Assembly: GCA_034530615.2 (NCBI GenBank)
Contig: JAVRCV020000082.1
Location: 1 to 37,453 of the forward strand
Direction: 5' to 3'
DNA: 37,453 nucleotides
Origin: Aulosira sp. ZfuVER01
Lineage (GTDB): Bacteria; Cyanobacteriota; Cyanobacteriia; Cyanobacteriales; Nostocaceae
Shown: in pieces, positions 20,663 to 30,604 of the stretch
Layout of the letters: each line of letters begins with the position of its first letter
How positions within the stretch are numbered: the first letter of the stretch is position 1
The notes under the pieces: generated by a model
Seen by the model: only the letters and a program-made list of their open reading frames with translations
Told to the model about the DNA's origin: nothing
Database searches by the model: none
Program-made: the position numbers and the translations under genes

Positions 20663-21724
20663 ATGATATTTTTCAAAGTTCTTCTGGTTGAGGATGACTC
20701 AGATTGGCAAGATATCCTTGAAGGCAAGATCCGTACAGCTTTAAGTAATATTGGTCATCCTAAGGATATCATTCAGGTTGTCAGGACTTTTGATGAAGCT
20801 TCTAAAGCATTTAGAGATAGCAATTGGCATTTGCTAATTACTGATATTGGTTTGGGCGATTCATCTCTTTCTCGCCGTCAGAAGTTAGGAATACATTTAG
20901 TTGAACTTGCTTATGCTCGGCAGATACCAGCTATTGCTGTCAGTGGAACACCTGTGGTAAATACTCAGGATGTTCGCGATTTATTGATGGAATACAAAGC
21001 CTATGATTTCTTTAGCAAACGCGATTTTGACAGTAAAAAATTTATCAATAAAGTTCAATATATTTTATATAATGAACTCCAAAAATCATCAAATAATAAC
21101 GAAATTTTAAATAGTTCAACTGTTGACTATCAACAATTTGCGAGCGCAGCTAATCCTCTGAAAATTCTGTTTTTAGCATCCGATCCTAGTGATGCTGCTC
21201 GGTTACGCTTAGGACAAGAGTTGCGAGAGATTCAACAAAGATTGCAATTAGCTAAACAAAGAGAAAAATTTTTGCTAGAACAACGCCTGTCAGTACGTCC
21301 CGGCGATATCAGTCAGGCTTTACTGGATATTGAGCCTCATATCGTACATTTTTCTGGACATGGTATGAATACTGGTGAGTTATATGTAGAAAATGAGTTA
21401 GGTAAAATTCAATCTCTAAAGCCTGATGCTTTAGCTTCATTATTTGAACTCGTAGAAGACCAAGTAAAATGTGTAGTCTTGAATGCTTGCTATTCTCAAA
21501 CTCAGGCGGAGGCTATCGCTAAATACATTCCGTTTGTCATTGGGATGAACCATTTAATTGGCGATCAAGCCGCGATCGCATTTTCTGTTGGTTTTTACAA
21601 AGCACTGGGTGCTAATCGTTCGATAGAGAAAGCTTACAAGTTTGGCTGTACTGAAATTCAATTACATGGTATAGCGGAGAATTTAACTCCAGTTATTTAT
21701 AAAAAAAACTCCAATTTGAGTTAA
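20663..21724 (+). CDS. Response regulator receiver domain fused to CHAT (caspase-like) protease domain
   Basis: REC: VLLVEDD, LLITD61, AVSG, FFSK. CHAT: KILFLASDP...LRLGQELREI, HFSGH233G, VVLNAC276YS, VIGM...FYKAL. AAGGAGG SD; starts 47 nt after the kinase stop. Confidence 0.9.
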   Translation: MIFFKVLLVEDDSDWQDILEGKIRTALSNIGHPKDIIQVVRTFDEASKAFRDSNWHLLITDIGLGDSSLSRRQKLGIHLVELAYARQIPAIAVSGTPVVNTQDVRDLLMEYKAYDFFSKRDFDSKKFINKVQYILYNELQKSSNNNEILNSSTVDYQQFASAANPLKILFLASDPSDAARLRLGQELREIQQRLQLAKQREKFLLEQRLSVRPGDISQALLDIEPHIVHFSGHGMNTGELYVENELGKIQSLKPDALASLFELVEDQVKCVVLNACYSQTQAEAIAKYIPFVIGMNHLIGDQAAIAFSVGFYKALGANRSIEKAYKFGCTEIQLHGIAENLTPVIYKKNSNLS

Positions 21725-21754
21725 ACAATGTAACTTTCTGTAACGAGAAAATTT

Positions 21755-22096
21755 TCAACGTGACTCTAGCTTTGAGACTCGTGTTTCTAATTTGTTGACT
21801 TGTTGCTTAAGTTCAACCACTAAAGTGGCAAGGCGATCGAACATAGTATCGCGCTCTGTTTGTGATAAGCTTCTTGGCTGTCGAGGAGTAAGCGTGCTTC
21901 TGGGGGATGGAGACAGCCGGGATTGTCCTAGTTGAGACTGTATCTGGCTTAACTGCGACTCAACACGACGCAAGTCTGCTTCTAAATTATTAACCCGAGA
22001 ATCTATTTGTTGTGATGCAGCAGGATTCGTTAATAGTGCTATCCAAAGAACAACTGCAAAAATTCCTGCAAATAATAACCTCTTAAACATTATCAT
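21755..22096 (-). CDS. Exported coiled-coil hypothetical protein
   Basis: Signal-peptide-like N-terminus (KRLLFAGIFAVVLWIALLTNPAAS), two heptad-rich segments, AAGGAG upstream. Confidence 0.75.
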   Translation of the reverse strand: MIMFKRLLFAGIFAVVLWIALLTNPAASQQIDSRVNNLEADLRRVESQLSQIQSQLGQSRLSPSPRSTLTPRQPRSLSQTERDTMFDRLATLVVELKQQVNKLETRVSKLESR

Positions 22097-22186
22097 TTAC
22101 TCCTTTGGCTAAGTAGATAGATAAAGAAATCACTATCTACTCACCTCATTTTGATTTCTTATCTTAATTTTCCTCTTGATTTAGAT

Positions 22187-23671
22187 TTATTTATCGTGTT
22201 CTAAGTTAGAAAATAGCCTCTGCCAATCGATAGATTTATTGCTATTTTCGCCCTCTTTTACCTCAAATGTCAGATTACAAGCTTTTGGTTGCTTTAGGGC
22301 TTGTATGCAGATTTCAGCAACATCCTCACGGCTGATTTTGCCTCTAATATTATCACCTTGCTCAAAAATTAATTCTTTACCACCTGCTTCCTCTGTTAAA
22401 GCACAAGGTCGAATAATGGTGTAAGGAATTCCACTCTCTCGTAAACTCTCTTCACCCTTTAATTTCCAAGTTAAAATTCCTCCCAATTGGTCATTTAATC
22501 TGACTGCTGGAGGTTCTTCATCTAGATTAATCCCTGGACGCCCGGGACGAGTCACACCTGCGGAACTCACTAATATAAACTGTGGTAAAGTCGCTCCACC
22601 ATAAGCTTTAATTGATTCTACTTGTAAACTGAAGCCACCAGGTGAAAAACTAGGATTTAACGCACCATCATATTCAAATTTGCTTAACATCAGTTGAAAT
22701 GAGCAAACTTTGCTGGGGTCAATTGCTGGTGCATCATTGACAATCTTGGCGCGAAATACAGGAATCAACTCCGCAAAAGGAATGCGAATATCTATCCAGG
22801 TATTAGCTACAGTATCAAAAGAATAACTGTAACCAATTCCATCCCATTTTGCGTCTGCCCGCAGAAATAATTTATAGCGTTTACCGTCGCCTCTAACGCG
22901 CAGTTCTACACCGTCGTACCCAGATAAATTGAAGGGCGGATCGAAATTTTTAGTTCGGACAGAAGCAAATCCTCCTGAGTTGGCGGTAGAAACATTACCA
23001 GCAAACAAAGCTGTATTTTCTACAAATTGCATATTACTTGCACTCACGCCACCCATGACAACATCATCTAAAGCTCCCCAGCTATTCCGCAATTCATCTG
23101 ATTGCTTGGTAAAATCAAAGATGAGTTTTTCGTTTGATTTATTAAAATATTTTTTGGCGGCTTCTACTAAGTTTTTGACACCGCGATATTCCACATTCTC
23201 AGGTGTATCGCCAACGATTTCTGGCTGATAAAATTTGATACCTTGATAATATTTGGCTCTATCTTCCGTATCTCCTTCTACTGGTTGCACCCGCACTGCT
23301 GTACAACATATCACAGCTTGGATATTAGCCAGCACCACAGAATTCAAAGTTTCGGGTTTAGTAATATCTGCAACTACTAAGTCAACATCATTACCAAGAA
23401 TTGACCTAGCTTTGTCGATGTCACGTACAAGCGATCGCACTTGATAACCACGTTCTAATAATTGCCGCACGACACGTTTACCTAAACCACCTGTTGCACC
23501 AGCTACTAATATTGCACTCACAGTTCTTCCTCCATTGGGTTGATATTTATCATCCTCGGGACGACCTTGGATTAACTGTTTTACCCAGTTCAACAAAGGA
23601 ATGACCTCAAAATATGTCAAAGTTTCAATGAACCTGCCTAAGTCCCATTGAGAACGATTTTTGTCAGCCAC
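22187..23671 (-). CDS. CIA30-family / NAD(P)H-binding (NmrA-like) protein
   Basis: Rossmann motif ILVAGATGGLG, CIA30 motifs WGALDDVVMGGVS and GGFASVR, C-terminal YTIIRP...ISREDVAE. GTG start. Confidence 0.9.
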   Translation of the reverse strand: MADKNRSQWDLGRFIETLTYFEVIPLLNWVKQLIQGRPEDDKYQPNGGRTVSAILVAGATGGLGKRVVRQLLERGYQVRSLVRDIDKARSILGNDVDLVVADITKPETLNSVVLANIQAVICCTAVRVQPVEGDTEDRAKYYQGIKFYQPEIVGDTPENVEYRGVKNLVEAAKKYFNKSNEKLIFDFTKQSDELRNSWGALDDVVMGGVSASNMQFVENTALFAGNVSTANSGGFASVRTKNFDPPFNLSGYDGVELRVRGDGKRYKLFLRADAKWDGIGYSYSFDTVANTWIDIRIPFAELIPVFRAKIVNDAPAIDPSKVCSFQLMLSKFEYDGALNPSFSPGGFSLQVESIKAYGGATLPQFILVSSAGVTRPGRPGINLDEEPPAVRLNDQLGGILTWKLKGEESLRESGIPYTIIRPCALTEEAGGKELIFEQGDNIRGKISREDVAEICIQALKQPKACNLTFEVKEGENSNKSIDWQRLFSNLEHDK

Positions 23672-24134
23672 GATCGCATCCTTATAACTTTCTTAAGTCT
23701 ATAGCACTCCTATTTCATTTGTGAACTTACTCAAGGGACAAGAGCCATTAATTATTCTGCTTGTCTTACTTATGGCTGTTTCATATATGTTGATGAAAAT
23801 GTTTTTCTTGGAGCTACTTTGAAATGAAAAATCTGATATTTTTGACAATACACATATTTATTTACTTGGATTTATTAACCGTAGAGAAACCACGGATGTC
23901 ACTAGAGATGCTGGTTGACAAGCTTCTTTAGGATCGACAATAGGTATAGATGTTGGGGGTTGTATAGGGCAAGAATTACTTACAGGTGATGATAGTATTA
24001 AAGCGTTGCTACAGCCTGTGTTCTCACTGGCTTAAGAATAGCTACAATTAAGTCAAATTTTCATGTCTTCCCTCCTAGCGCTGAAGAACGTTAGGATACT
24101 GAATGATTGTTACTCATCCAACGGTAATTTCCTT

Positions 24135-24632
24135 ATGAGCCAACTGGAAAAAGTTCAAGCTGAGTACGAAAAGTTTACTGAACAATTTCAAAGTGTAATC
24201 ATTAGCACTGTTAACGCCCAGGGAATACCCAACGCTAGTTATGCTCCCTTTGTGATGGATGATTCCCAAAATATTTATATCTACGTCAGTGGTCTTTCTA
24301 CGCATACCAAAAATATCTATGCCAATCCTCATGTTTGCGTATTATTTATTGAGGATGAAGCTCAGACGAATCAAATTTTTGCTCGTCGCCGTTTAAGTTT
24401 TGATTGTACGGCAACTTTAATAGAACGGGAAACTGACCACTGGCATAAAATTGTTGAGCAATTTCAAGAACGTTTTGGTGAAATTGTTGAAGTGCTGCGT
24501 GGCTTATCTGACTTTCGGATTTTCCAATTAACTCCGAGTGAAGGTCGTTTTGTAGTTGGGTTTGGGGCAGCTTATCACATCAGCGGCGATAACCTCAAAC
24601 AACTTGTGCAAATTACAGGAGATAAAGGCTAG
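24135..24632 (+). CDS. HugZ/HutZ-like pyridoxamine 5'-phosphate oxidase family (heme-binding split-barrel) protein
   Basis: PNASYAPF, YIYVSGLSTHTKN, LFIEDE, FARRRL, GRFVVGFGAAY. ATG 24135 is the more likely start. Confidence 0.85.
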   Translation: MSQLEKVQAEYEKFTEQFQSVIISTVNAQGIPNASYAPFVMDDSQNIYIYVSGLSTHTKNIYANPHVCVLFIEDEAQTNQIFARRRLSFDCTATLIERETDHWHKIVEQFQERFGEIVEVLRGLSDFRIFQLTPSEGRFVVGFGAAYHISGDNLKQLVQITGDKG

Positions 24633-24679
24633 AATTTCCTCCTGCATAATTCATAACTTTATACCGCACACATAATTTT

Positions 24680-25579
24680 ATGCTTCAGTTTCAACCTCCT
24701 GGCTTTGGGCACAAAGTCATTCATACCTCATTGGGGGCAATGGTTTACTATACTCAAACAACTGCGCCTTGGTCGATTACTGACACTGAAGATTTACCCC
24801 CTTTACTATTCCTGCATAACTTTGGTGGTGGCGCGTCTGCTTACGAATGGTCTAAAGTTTATCCAGCATTTGCTCCCAGTTACCGCATATTAGCCCCAGA
24901 CTTAATTGGTTGGGGAGAATCTGCGCATCCAGTGTGGGACTATCAAATTAGAGATTATCTGAATGCGATCGCAGAATTTGTTACTAAGACTTGTCGCCAA
25001 CCTGTGAAAGTTGTCGCCTCATCCTTGACAGCGGCTTTTACTATTCGCTTGGCTATTACACAACCAGAGTTATTTAATGCATTGTTTTTAGTCTCTCCCT
25101 CTGGTTTTGATGATTTTGGCCAAGGTTCTGGACGAAGATTGCCCCTGCCAGTCATCAATACACCATTTTTGGATAATATAATTTATGCCCTTGGTGCAGA
25201 AAATGAATTTGCAGTGCGTAACTTTCTGCAAAGTTTTCTATTTGCTAAACCAGAAAGAGTTACAAGAGAGATGGTGCAAGCTTATTTAACCTCTGCACAA
25301 CAGCTTAATGCCAAGTTTGCAGCCTTAGCATTTTTGCGCGGCGACCTTTACTTTGACTTAAGTTTATATATTCAGCAACTCAAAATTCCGACTGTGTTTT
25401 TGTGGGGCGAAAAAGCCCAATTTACCAGCATTAAATTGGGCAGAAGGTTAGCAAATTTAAATCCAGCTGCGATTCGAGATTTTTATGCGATCGCTGATAC
25501 AGGAATCTTACCTCATCTAGAAATGCCAGAGGTATTTATTGGGCTATTACAAAAGTATTTAAAATCCACACACTCCTAA
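24680..25579 (+). CDS. Alpha/beta fold hydrolase
   Basis: LLFLHNFGGG, APDLIGWGES, atypical nucleophile elbow VVASSLT, IPTVFLWG, GILPHLE. Confidence 0.88.
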   Translation: MLQFQPPGFGHKVIHTSLGAMVYYTQTTAPWSITDTEDLPPLLFLHNFGGGASAYEWSKVYPAFAPSYRILAPDLIGWGESAHPVWDYQIRDYLNAIAEFVTKTCRQPVKVVASSLTAAFTIRLAITQPELFNALFLVSPSGFDDFGQGSGRRLPLPVINTPFLDNIIYALGAENEFAVRNFLQSFLFAKPERVTREMVQAYLTSAQQLNAKFAALAFLRGDLYFDLSLYIQQLKIPTVFLWGEKAQFTSIKLGRRLANLNPAAIRDFYAIADTGILPHLEMPEVFIGLLQKYLKSTHS

Positions 25580-26349
25580 ATATTCAGTTTCTCAATTTCC
25601 GATTCAGATAAACCAGTGATATTAGCTACCTGTGCTGCTGTCATACCCGATTGCAGTAAATTTCGTGCTGTTTGCTGCAACTGCAATTCAGCCCGTTCAG
25701 CCCGTTGGCGTTCCTGTTCCGCCCATTGATGTGCTTTTTCTTCTGCTGTTGGTAATAATTCTCCATCTAAAGTTGCCCAACGCAACCAAGTAGTATTTAC
25801 ACCTTTGTAAGTACCTTGCCAACGTAACAACACTAATCCTAATGCTTGACTCACCAATTGATTTTCTGCATTAGGTGTTATTGGTTGATAAACTCCACTA
25901 CCAAGAGAAAAACCAGCCCAGTCATCAGGGTTAAAAGGATCGAACCAGAAATATTCTGGAACACGCATCTGATTTTGATAAATTAGCTTTTTCTCACTTT
26001 TATCTGTGGCTGCGGTAGCTGGGGAAAGCAATTCAATCACTACGTCCGGGCCTTTTCCTTCTTCCCACACAACCCAACTGCGACGTTCTCCCTTGGGGAC
26101 TCCCAATACAGCAAAAAAGTCTGGGCCGCGAAAATCTTGGTTTTTCAGCTGTGCCAAGCTGAAGTAGACAAACATATTGCCACTTGTATATCCATCTTCC
26201 CGTTGTTCTAGCCAAGTTTCTACAACATCAATTAACAATTCCATTTGCACTTTATGTCGTTGGCTTTCCATCGGGATACCGTCATCATAAGGTAGTTCCG
26301 CTTGGGTAGGTGGAAATTTGACATCGGGCGCAGCTAGAGTTTCTGACAT
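25576..26349 (-). CDS. Uma2 (DUF820) PD-(D/E)xK-fold endonuclease with Rpn-like C-terminal tail
   Basis: GNMFVY, GPDFFAV, PDVVIELLS, KKLIY, VPEYFWFDP. Tail ARNLLQSGMTAAQVANITGLS. Its stop codon overlaps the hydrolase stop by 4 nt. Confidence 0.9.
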   Translation of the reverse strand: MSETLAAPDVKFPPTQAELPYDDGIPMESQRHKVQMELLIDVVETWLEQREDGYTSGNMFVYFSLAQLKNQDFRGPDFFAVLGVPKGERRSWVVWEEGKGPDVVIELLSPATAATDKSEKKLIYQNQMRVPEYFWFDPFNPDDWAGFSLGSGVYQPITPNAENQLVSQALGLVLLRWQGTYKGVNTTWLRWATLDGELLPTAEEKAHQWAEQERQRAERAELQLQQTARNLLQSGMTAAQVANITGLSESEIEKLNI

Positions 26350-26572
26350 GGCTTTTAAGGTTTTGGGTAGCCATTGCGGTTATTTATATCTTACTTGAAC
26401 TGGAGAATCGGCATTGCTCCATAGCTAGACTCGAATATTTTTTGCGATCGCTCTTCTCTAAAATAGTGCGTAGATGCAAATTCCTACAATTTACAGCCAG
26501 GATTTTTCTAATGTTGCCTGCTCAAAGGGCAAGGTAAACTGTTGAAACTGGCTGTTTTACAAAAAATGTCTT

Positions 26573-28723
26573 ATGCCTGAATTTTTATTGGAAGTTGGAA
26601 CAGAAGAACTACCTGCAAGCTTTCTCCGTGATGCTATCGTACAGTGGCGATCGCTTATTCCTCAAAGTCTTTTAACAAACAGCCTGACTAGCGATGCTGT
26701 GGAAGTTTACGGTACTCCTCGGCGTTTGGCGGTACTTATTAAAGGTCTACCATCTCAACAACCAGACCGAGAAGAGGAAATTAAAGGCCCTCCCGCACAA
26801 GCAGCTTTTAAAGATGGCAAACCCACACCTGCTGCTGTCGGTTTTGCGAAAAAGCAAGGTGTGGAAATCGAGGCGCTACAAATTCGACCCACTGACAAGG
26901 GCGATTTTGTATTTGTCAACAAAAGCATTGTCGGTCGTCCAGTGGCGGATATTTTAACGGAACTTGTTCCCCAGTGGATTTTGGGGTTAGAAGGTAAGCG
27001 GTTAATGCGCTGGGGTGATGGTGATGTCAGATTTTCCCGCCCAATTCGCTGGCTGGTGGCTTTGTTAGATGCAGAGGTACTGCCGATTGAATTGGTGAAT
27101 GCTTCTAAGGTTGTGAAAAGCGATCGCATTTCTCGCGGTCATCGGGTCTTGCATCCAGAAACGGTTACAATTTCCCAAGCTAATGATTATGTTAGCAGTT
27201 TGCGGTCTGCTTATGTCGTAGTTGATCCCCAGGAACGGGCAAATACTATCCAAGAGCAAGTTAAGTCTTCCGCCGAAAAGCTAAATGGTCATGCGGAAAT
27301 CTACCCAGATTTATTAGAGGAAGTCATTAATTTAGTAGAGTATCCTTCTACTGTTGTAGGCAAATTTGAAGCCGAATTTTTGAATTTACCAACTGAGGTA
27401 ATTACCACAGTCATGGTCAGTCACCAGCGTTATTTCCCGGTGTTCAAGGGTGTAAATAGCAAAGAATTATTGCCTAATTTCATCACGATTTCTAACGGCG
27501 ATCCCAGCAAAGCAGATATTATTGCTGTTGGTAATGAAAGAGTGATCAGAGCTAGATTAGCTGATGGACAGTTCTTCTATAAAACTGATTTAGCCAAGCC
27601 TTTAGAAAGCTTTTTACCACAATTAGAAAAAGTCACCTTCCAAGAAGATTTGGGTTCTTTGCGCCTCAAGGTAGATCGCATCGTTAATATTGCTGGACAA
27701 ATCAGCAATCAACTACAACTGCCAGAAAATCAGCGTCAAAATATCCAAAGGGCTGCATTGCTGTGTAAAGCTGACCTTGTCACCCAAATGGTCTATGAAT
27801 TCCCAGAATTACAAGGGGTGATGGGAGAAAATTATGCTTCCGCTAGTGGTGAACCAGCAGAAGTTGCTAGAGCAATTTTTGAGCATTATTTACCTAGAGG
27901 AGCCGATGATATTTTACCCGAAACTCTCACAGGTCAAGTTGTCGGTTTAGCAGACAGATTAGATACTTTAGTGAGTATCTTTGGACTGGGTTTAATACCT
28001 AGCGGTTCCTCCGACCCCTTTGCCTTGCGTCGAGCAGCAAATGCGGTAATTAACATTACATGGTCAGCTAATTTACCTATTAATTTAGCTGAGTTGTTAG
28101 AGCAAATTACAGCAGATTTCGTGGAGAAATATCACAAAGATCAAGCGCAATTAATCGCGAACTTACGAGAATTTTTCTTGCAACGTATCCGTACACTACT
28201 GCAAGAAGAAAAACAGATTGACTATGACCTAGTAAATGCTGTTTTAGGAGAGAATGACCCCGAATATACCGAACGGGCACTGCAAGATTTATTAGATGTA
28301 CGCGATCGCGCCTTATACCTGCAACAAATTCGCCGTGATGGTACTTTAGATACGATCTATGAAACTGTAAACCGTTCGACACGTTTAGCAGCCCAAGGCG
28401 ATTTGGATACACAACAGTTAGATCCAACTGCCTTAGTTCGCCAGGAACTATTCCAAAAGCCTTCTGAGGCAGCTTTTTACAATGCTCTAGTCGAATTAGT
28501 ACCTCAAACACAAGCAGCACAGCAATCTAGAAACTATCAGCTGTTAGTAACAGCATTAAGCAAAATTACTCCTACTGTTAGTAGCTTTTTTGACGGTGAA
28601 GACAGTGTTTTAGTTATGGACCCCAATCCAGAAATTAAGCGCAATCGGTTAAATTTACTGGGCTTATTACGTAATCATGCCCGTGTTTTAGCTGACTTTG
28701 GGGCGATCGTCAAAAATTTGTAG
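26573..28723 (+). CDS. glyS: Glycine--tRNA ligase beta subunit
   Basis: [64 protein letters not shown]. Confidence 0.98.
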   Translation: MPEFLLEVGTEELPASFLRDAIVQWRSLIPQSLLTNSLTSDAVEVYGTPRRLAVLIKGLPSQQPDREEEIKGPPAQAAFKDGKPTPAAVGFAKKQGVEIEALQIRPTDKGDFVFVNKSIVGRPVADILTELVPQWILGLEGKRLMRWGDGDVRFSRPIRWLVALLDAEVLPIELVNASKVVKSDRISRGHRVLHPETVTISQANDYVSSLRSAYVVVDPQERANTIQEQVKSSAEKLNGHAEIYPDLLEEVINLVEYPSTVVGKFEAEFLNLPTEVITTVMVSHQRYFPVFKGVNSKELLPNFITISNGDPSKADIIAVGNERVIRARLADGQFFYKTDLAKPLESFLPQLEKVTFQEDLGSLRLKVDRIVNIAGQISNQLQLPENQRQNIQRAALLCKADLVTQMVYEFPELQGVMGENYASASGEPAEVARAIFEHYLPRGADDILPETLTGQVVGLADRLDTLVSIFGLGLIPSGSSDPFALRRAANAVINITWSANLPINLAELLEQITADFVEKYHKDQAQLIANLREFFLQRIRTLLQEEKQIDYDLVNAVLGENDPEYTERALQDLLDVRDRALYLQQIRRDGTLDTIYETVNRSTRLAAQGDLDTQQLDPTALVRQELFQKPSEAAFYNALVELVPQTQAAQQSRNYQLLVTALSKITPTVSSFFDGEDSVLVMDPNPEIKRNRLNLLGLLRNHARVLADFGAIVKNL

Positions 28724-28811
28724 CCTAAATCAACCAAAAGCGGGTGTAATTTTTGCCAATAGGCGCTACGATCAGTAGTGCTTAACCAGGGACCTCTGCT
28801 ACTTACAATCT

Positions 28812-30185
28812 ATGCCTAGATCTGCTGTCATTGGATTAGGAAAATCCGGTATTGCTGCGGCGAGATTGTTGCATAGGGAAGGCTGGGAGGTGGAGCTATG
28901 TGACAGCAACACCTCCGAAACCCTCCTGAAACAACAACAAGAACTTGCTACAGAAAACATAACTGTGAAACTAGGGTACTCCCTAGAATTCAATGATGCT
29001 GATTTACCGCAATTAATAGTTGTCAGTCCTGGTGTGCCTTGGGATATTCCTGTATTAGTCAAAGCACGGGAATTAGGTATTGAAACTATTGGGGAAATGG
29101 AGCTTGCTTGGCGATATTTGCAATCTCTGCCCTGGGTAGGAATTACTGGTACTAATGGTAAAACTACCACCACTGCTTTGATTGCGGCAATCTTTCAAGC
29201 TGCTGGCTTTGATGCTCCTGCCTGTGGGAACATTGGCTATGCTGCCTGTGAAGTCGCCTTAGCCGAGAAACAGCCAGATTGGGTGATTGGTGAAATCAGT
29301 AGTTATCAAATAGAATCTTCTGTTACTCTGTCCCCTCGGATTGGTGTGTGGACAACTTTCACGCCAGATCACCTCAGCCGCCACAAAACTTTAGATAATT
29401 ACTACAACATCAAAGCCAAGCTGCTGCGAAAATCTCAATTGCAAGTATTCAATGGCGATGATGCCTACTTGCGGAAAGTAGGTTTAAGTGATTGGCCTGA
29501 TGCCTATTGGACGAGTGTCAAAGGTAAAGATTACCTGATTGGCGAGAAAGGCTTTTACATACAAGATGGTTGGGCGATCGAAAAATTATCTGCAACCTCC
29601 ACACCACAACCGATTGTGGAAGTGTCTGCTTTGCGGATGGTAGGGGAACATAACCAACAAAATCTTTTAATGGCAGTTGCAGCAGCGCGGTTGGCAGAAA
29701 TTCATCCCGATGCTATTTCCCGTGCAATTCGAGAATTTCCAGGTGTAGCCCATCGTTTAGAACATATCTGCACTTGGGAAGGCATTGATTTTATCAACGA
29801 CAGCAAAGCTACTAACTACGATGCTGCGGAAGTTGGTTTAGCATCTGTGAAAAGTCCAGCGATTTTGATTGCTGGTGGCGAAGCCAAAGCCGGGGATGAC
29901 ACAGGCTGGTTAGCAAAAATTCAATCCCAAGCCGCCGCCGTGTTATTAATTGGTAGCGCTGCACCTGCGTTTGCTCAACGTCTGCAAGAGGTGGGATATT
30001 CTAACTATGAAATCGTAGAAACGATGGAGAAAGCAATACCCAAATCAGCAGAATTAGCCAAAAAACACCAAGCTTCCGTAGTGTTGCTATCTCCTGCCTG
30101 CGCCAGTTTCGACCAATATCCCAATTTTGAAGTGCGCGGCGATCATTTCCGTCAGCTTTGCTTAGATTGGGTGGGAATTAAGTAG
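28812..30185 (+). CDS. murD: UDP-N-acetylmuramoyl-L-alanine--D-glutamate ligase
   Basis: [57 protein letters not shown]. Confidence 0.98.
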   Translation: MPRSAVIGLGKSGIAAARLLHREGWEVELCDSNTSETLLKQQQELATENITVKLGYSLEFNDADLPQLIVVSPGVPWDIPVLVKARELGIETIGEMELAWRYLQSLPWVGITGTNGKTTTTALIAAIFQAAGFDAPACGNIGYAACEVALAEKQPDWVIGEISSYQIESSVTLSPRIGVWTTFTPDHLSRHKTLDNYYNIKAKLLRKSQLQVFNGDDAYLRKVGLSDWPDAYWTSVKGKDYLIGEKGFYIQDGWAIEKLSATSTPQPIVEVSALRMVGEHNQQNLLMAVAAARLAEIHPDAISRAIREFPGVAHRLEHICTWEGIDFINDSKATNYDAAEVGLASVKSPAILIAGGEAKAGDDTGWLAKIQSQAAAVLLIGSAAPAFAQRLQEVGYSNYEIVETMEKAIPKSAELAKKHQASVVLLSPACASFDQYPNFEVRGDHFRQLCLDWVGIK

Positions 30186-30188
30186 TTG

Positions 30189-30209
30189 TGAGTGCTGAGT
30201 TTTGAGTAC
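30189..30209 (+). repeat. Short degenerate heptamer tandem repeat (STRR-like)
   Basis: TGAGTGC TGAGTTT TGAGTAC immediately after the murD stop. Confidence 0.45.
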
Positions 30210-30249
30210 CAAATAAGTGAATTCAGCAATGTTCTAGTTGAGTGATTTG

Positions 30250-30390
30250 CTAGGATATTGATGAACTTACTGTTCGCTGTTCCGCAACTTCAGAGCAAAT
30301 TAAATACCAGCTTTTACGCTCTATGCATACATCCCCAAGGTAGATGTACTCACAACCATAAGGATGATTTAATTGAGATGAGTCTTTCAC
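30250..30390 (-). CDS. Candidate small protein, 46 aa (MKDSSQLNHPYGCEYIYLGDVCIERKSWYLICSEVAEQRTVSSSIS)
   Basis: Manual translation from GTG 30390 to TAG 30250, below the ORF-track cutoff. No clear SD. Lies ~150 nt downstream of the candidate HetR site. Confidence 0.3.
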   Translation of the reverse strand: MKDSSQLNHPYGCEYIYLGDVCIERKSWYLICSEVAEQRTVSSSIS

Positions 30391-30401
30391 TTCTATATTA
30401 C

Positions 30402-30429
30402 AAGGTTTGGTAACTCTACCAAACCTTTT
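30402..30429 (+). terminator. Perfect 11-bp hairpin, possible intrinsic terminator
   Basis: AAGGTTTGGTA-ACTC-TACCAAACCTT followed by TT, between convergent murD and rhomboid genes. Confidence 0.6.
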
Positions 30430-30537
30430 CCCTGAATGTTACCAGTACTGATTAATAAACGCAAACGTTTTTATTAGTTTTTATAAACAATTTTGGTAAG
30501 CGATCGCATTTGCGAAATTGCTAGTTTTCGCTTAAAT

Positions 30538-30554
30538 TAGGGGTCTCACCCTTC
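30538..30554. promoter_or_regulatory. Candidate HetR-binding inverted repeat
   Basis: TAGGGGTCTCACCCTTC matches 14 of 17 nt of the hetP-promoter HetR site as I recall it (GAGGGGTCTAACCCCTC), with an intact GGG-N5-CCC core. Confidence 0.5.
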
Positions 30555-30604
30555 ACTGACTAGAAGTAGAAATTCTTTCACCAATTATATTTACTGATCT
30601 TTCA

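Noticed and set aside
24096..24117. Possible Fur box upstream of the HugZ-like gene (GATACTGAATGATTGTTACTCA)
   Set aside because: Only about half the positions match the 19-bp consensus, which is too weak in AT-rich DNA despite the plausible context.
24680..25579. Hydrolase lacking the G-x-S-x-G motif as a pseudo-enzyme
   Set aside because: Ser at the elbow and the C-terminal His are still present, so loss of activity is not supported.
30261..30413. Plus-strand 50-aa ORF MNLLFAVPQLQ...YYKVW
   Set aside because: Its stop falls inside the hairpin, it has no recognisable features, and it overlaps the minus-strand candidate. It cannot be fully excluded.
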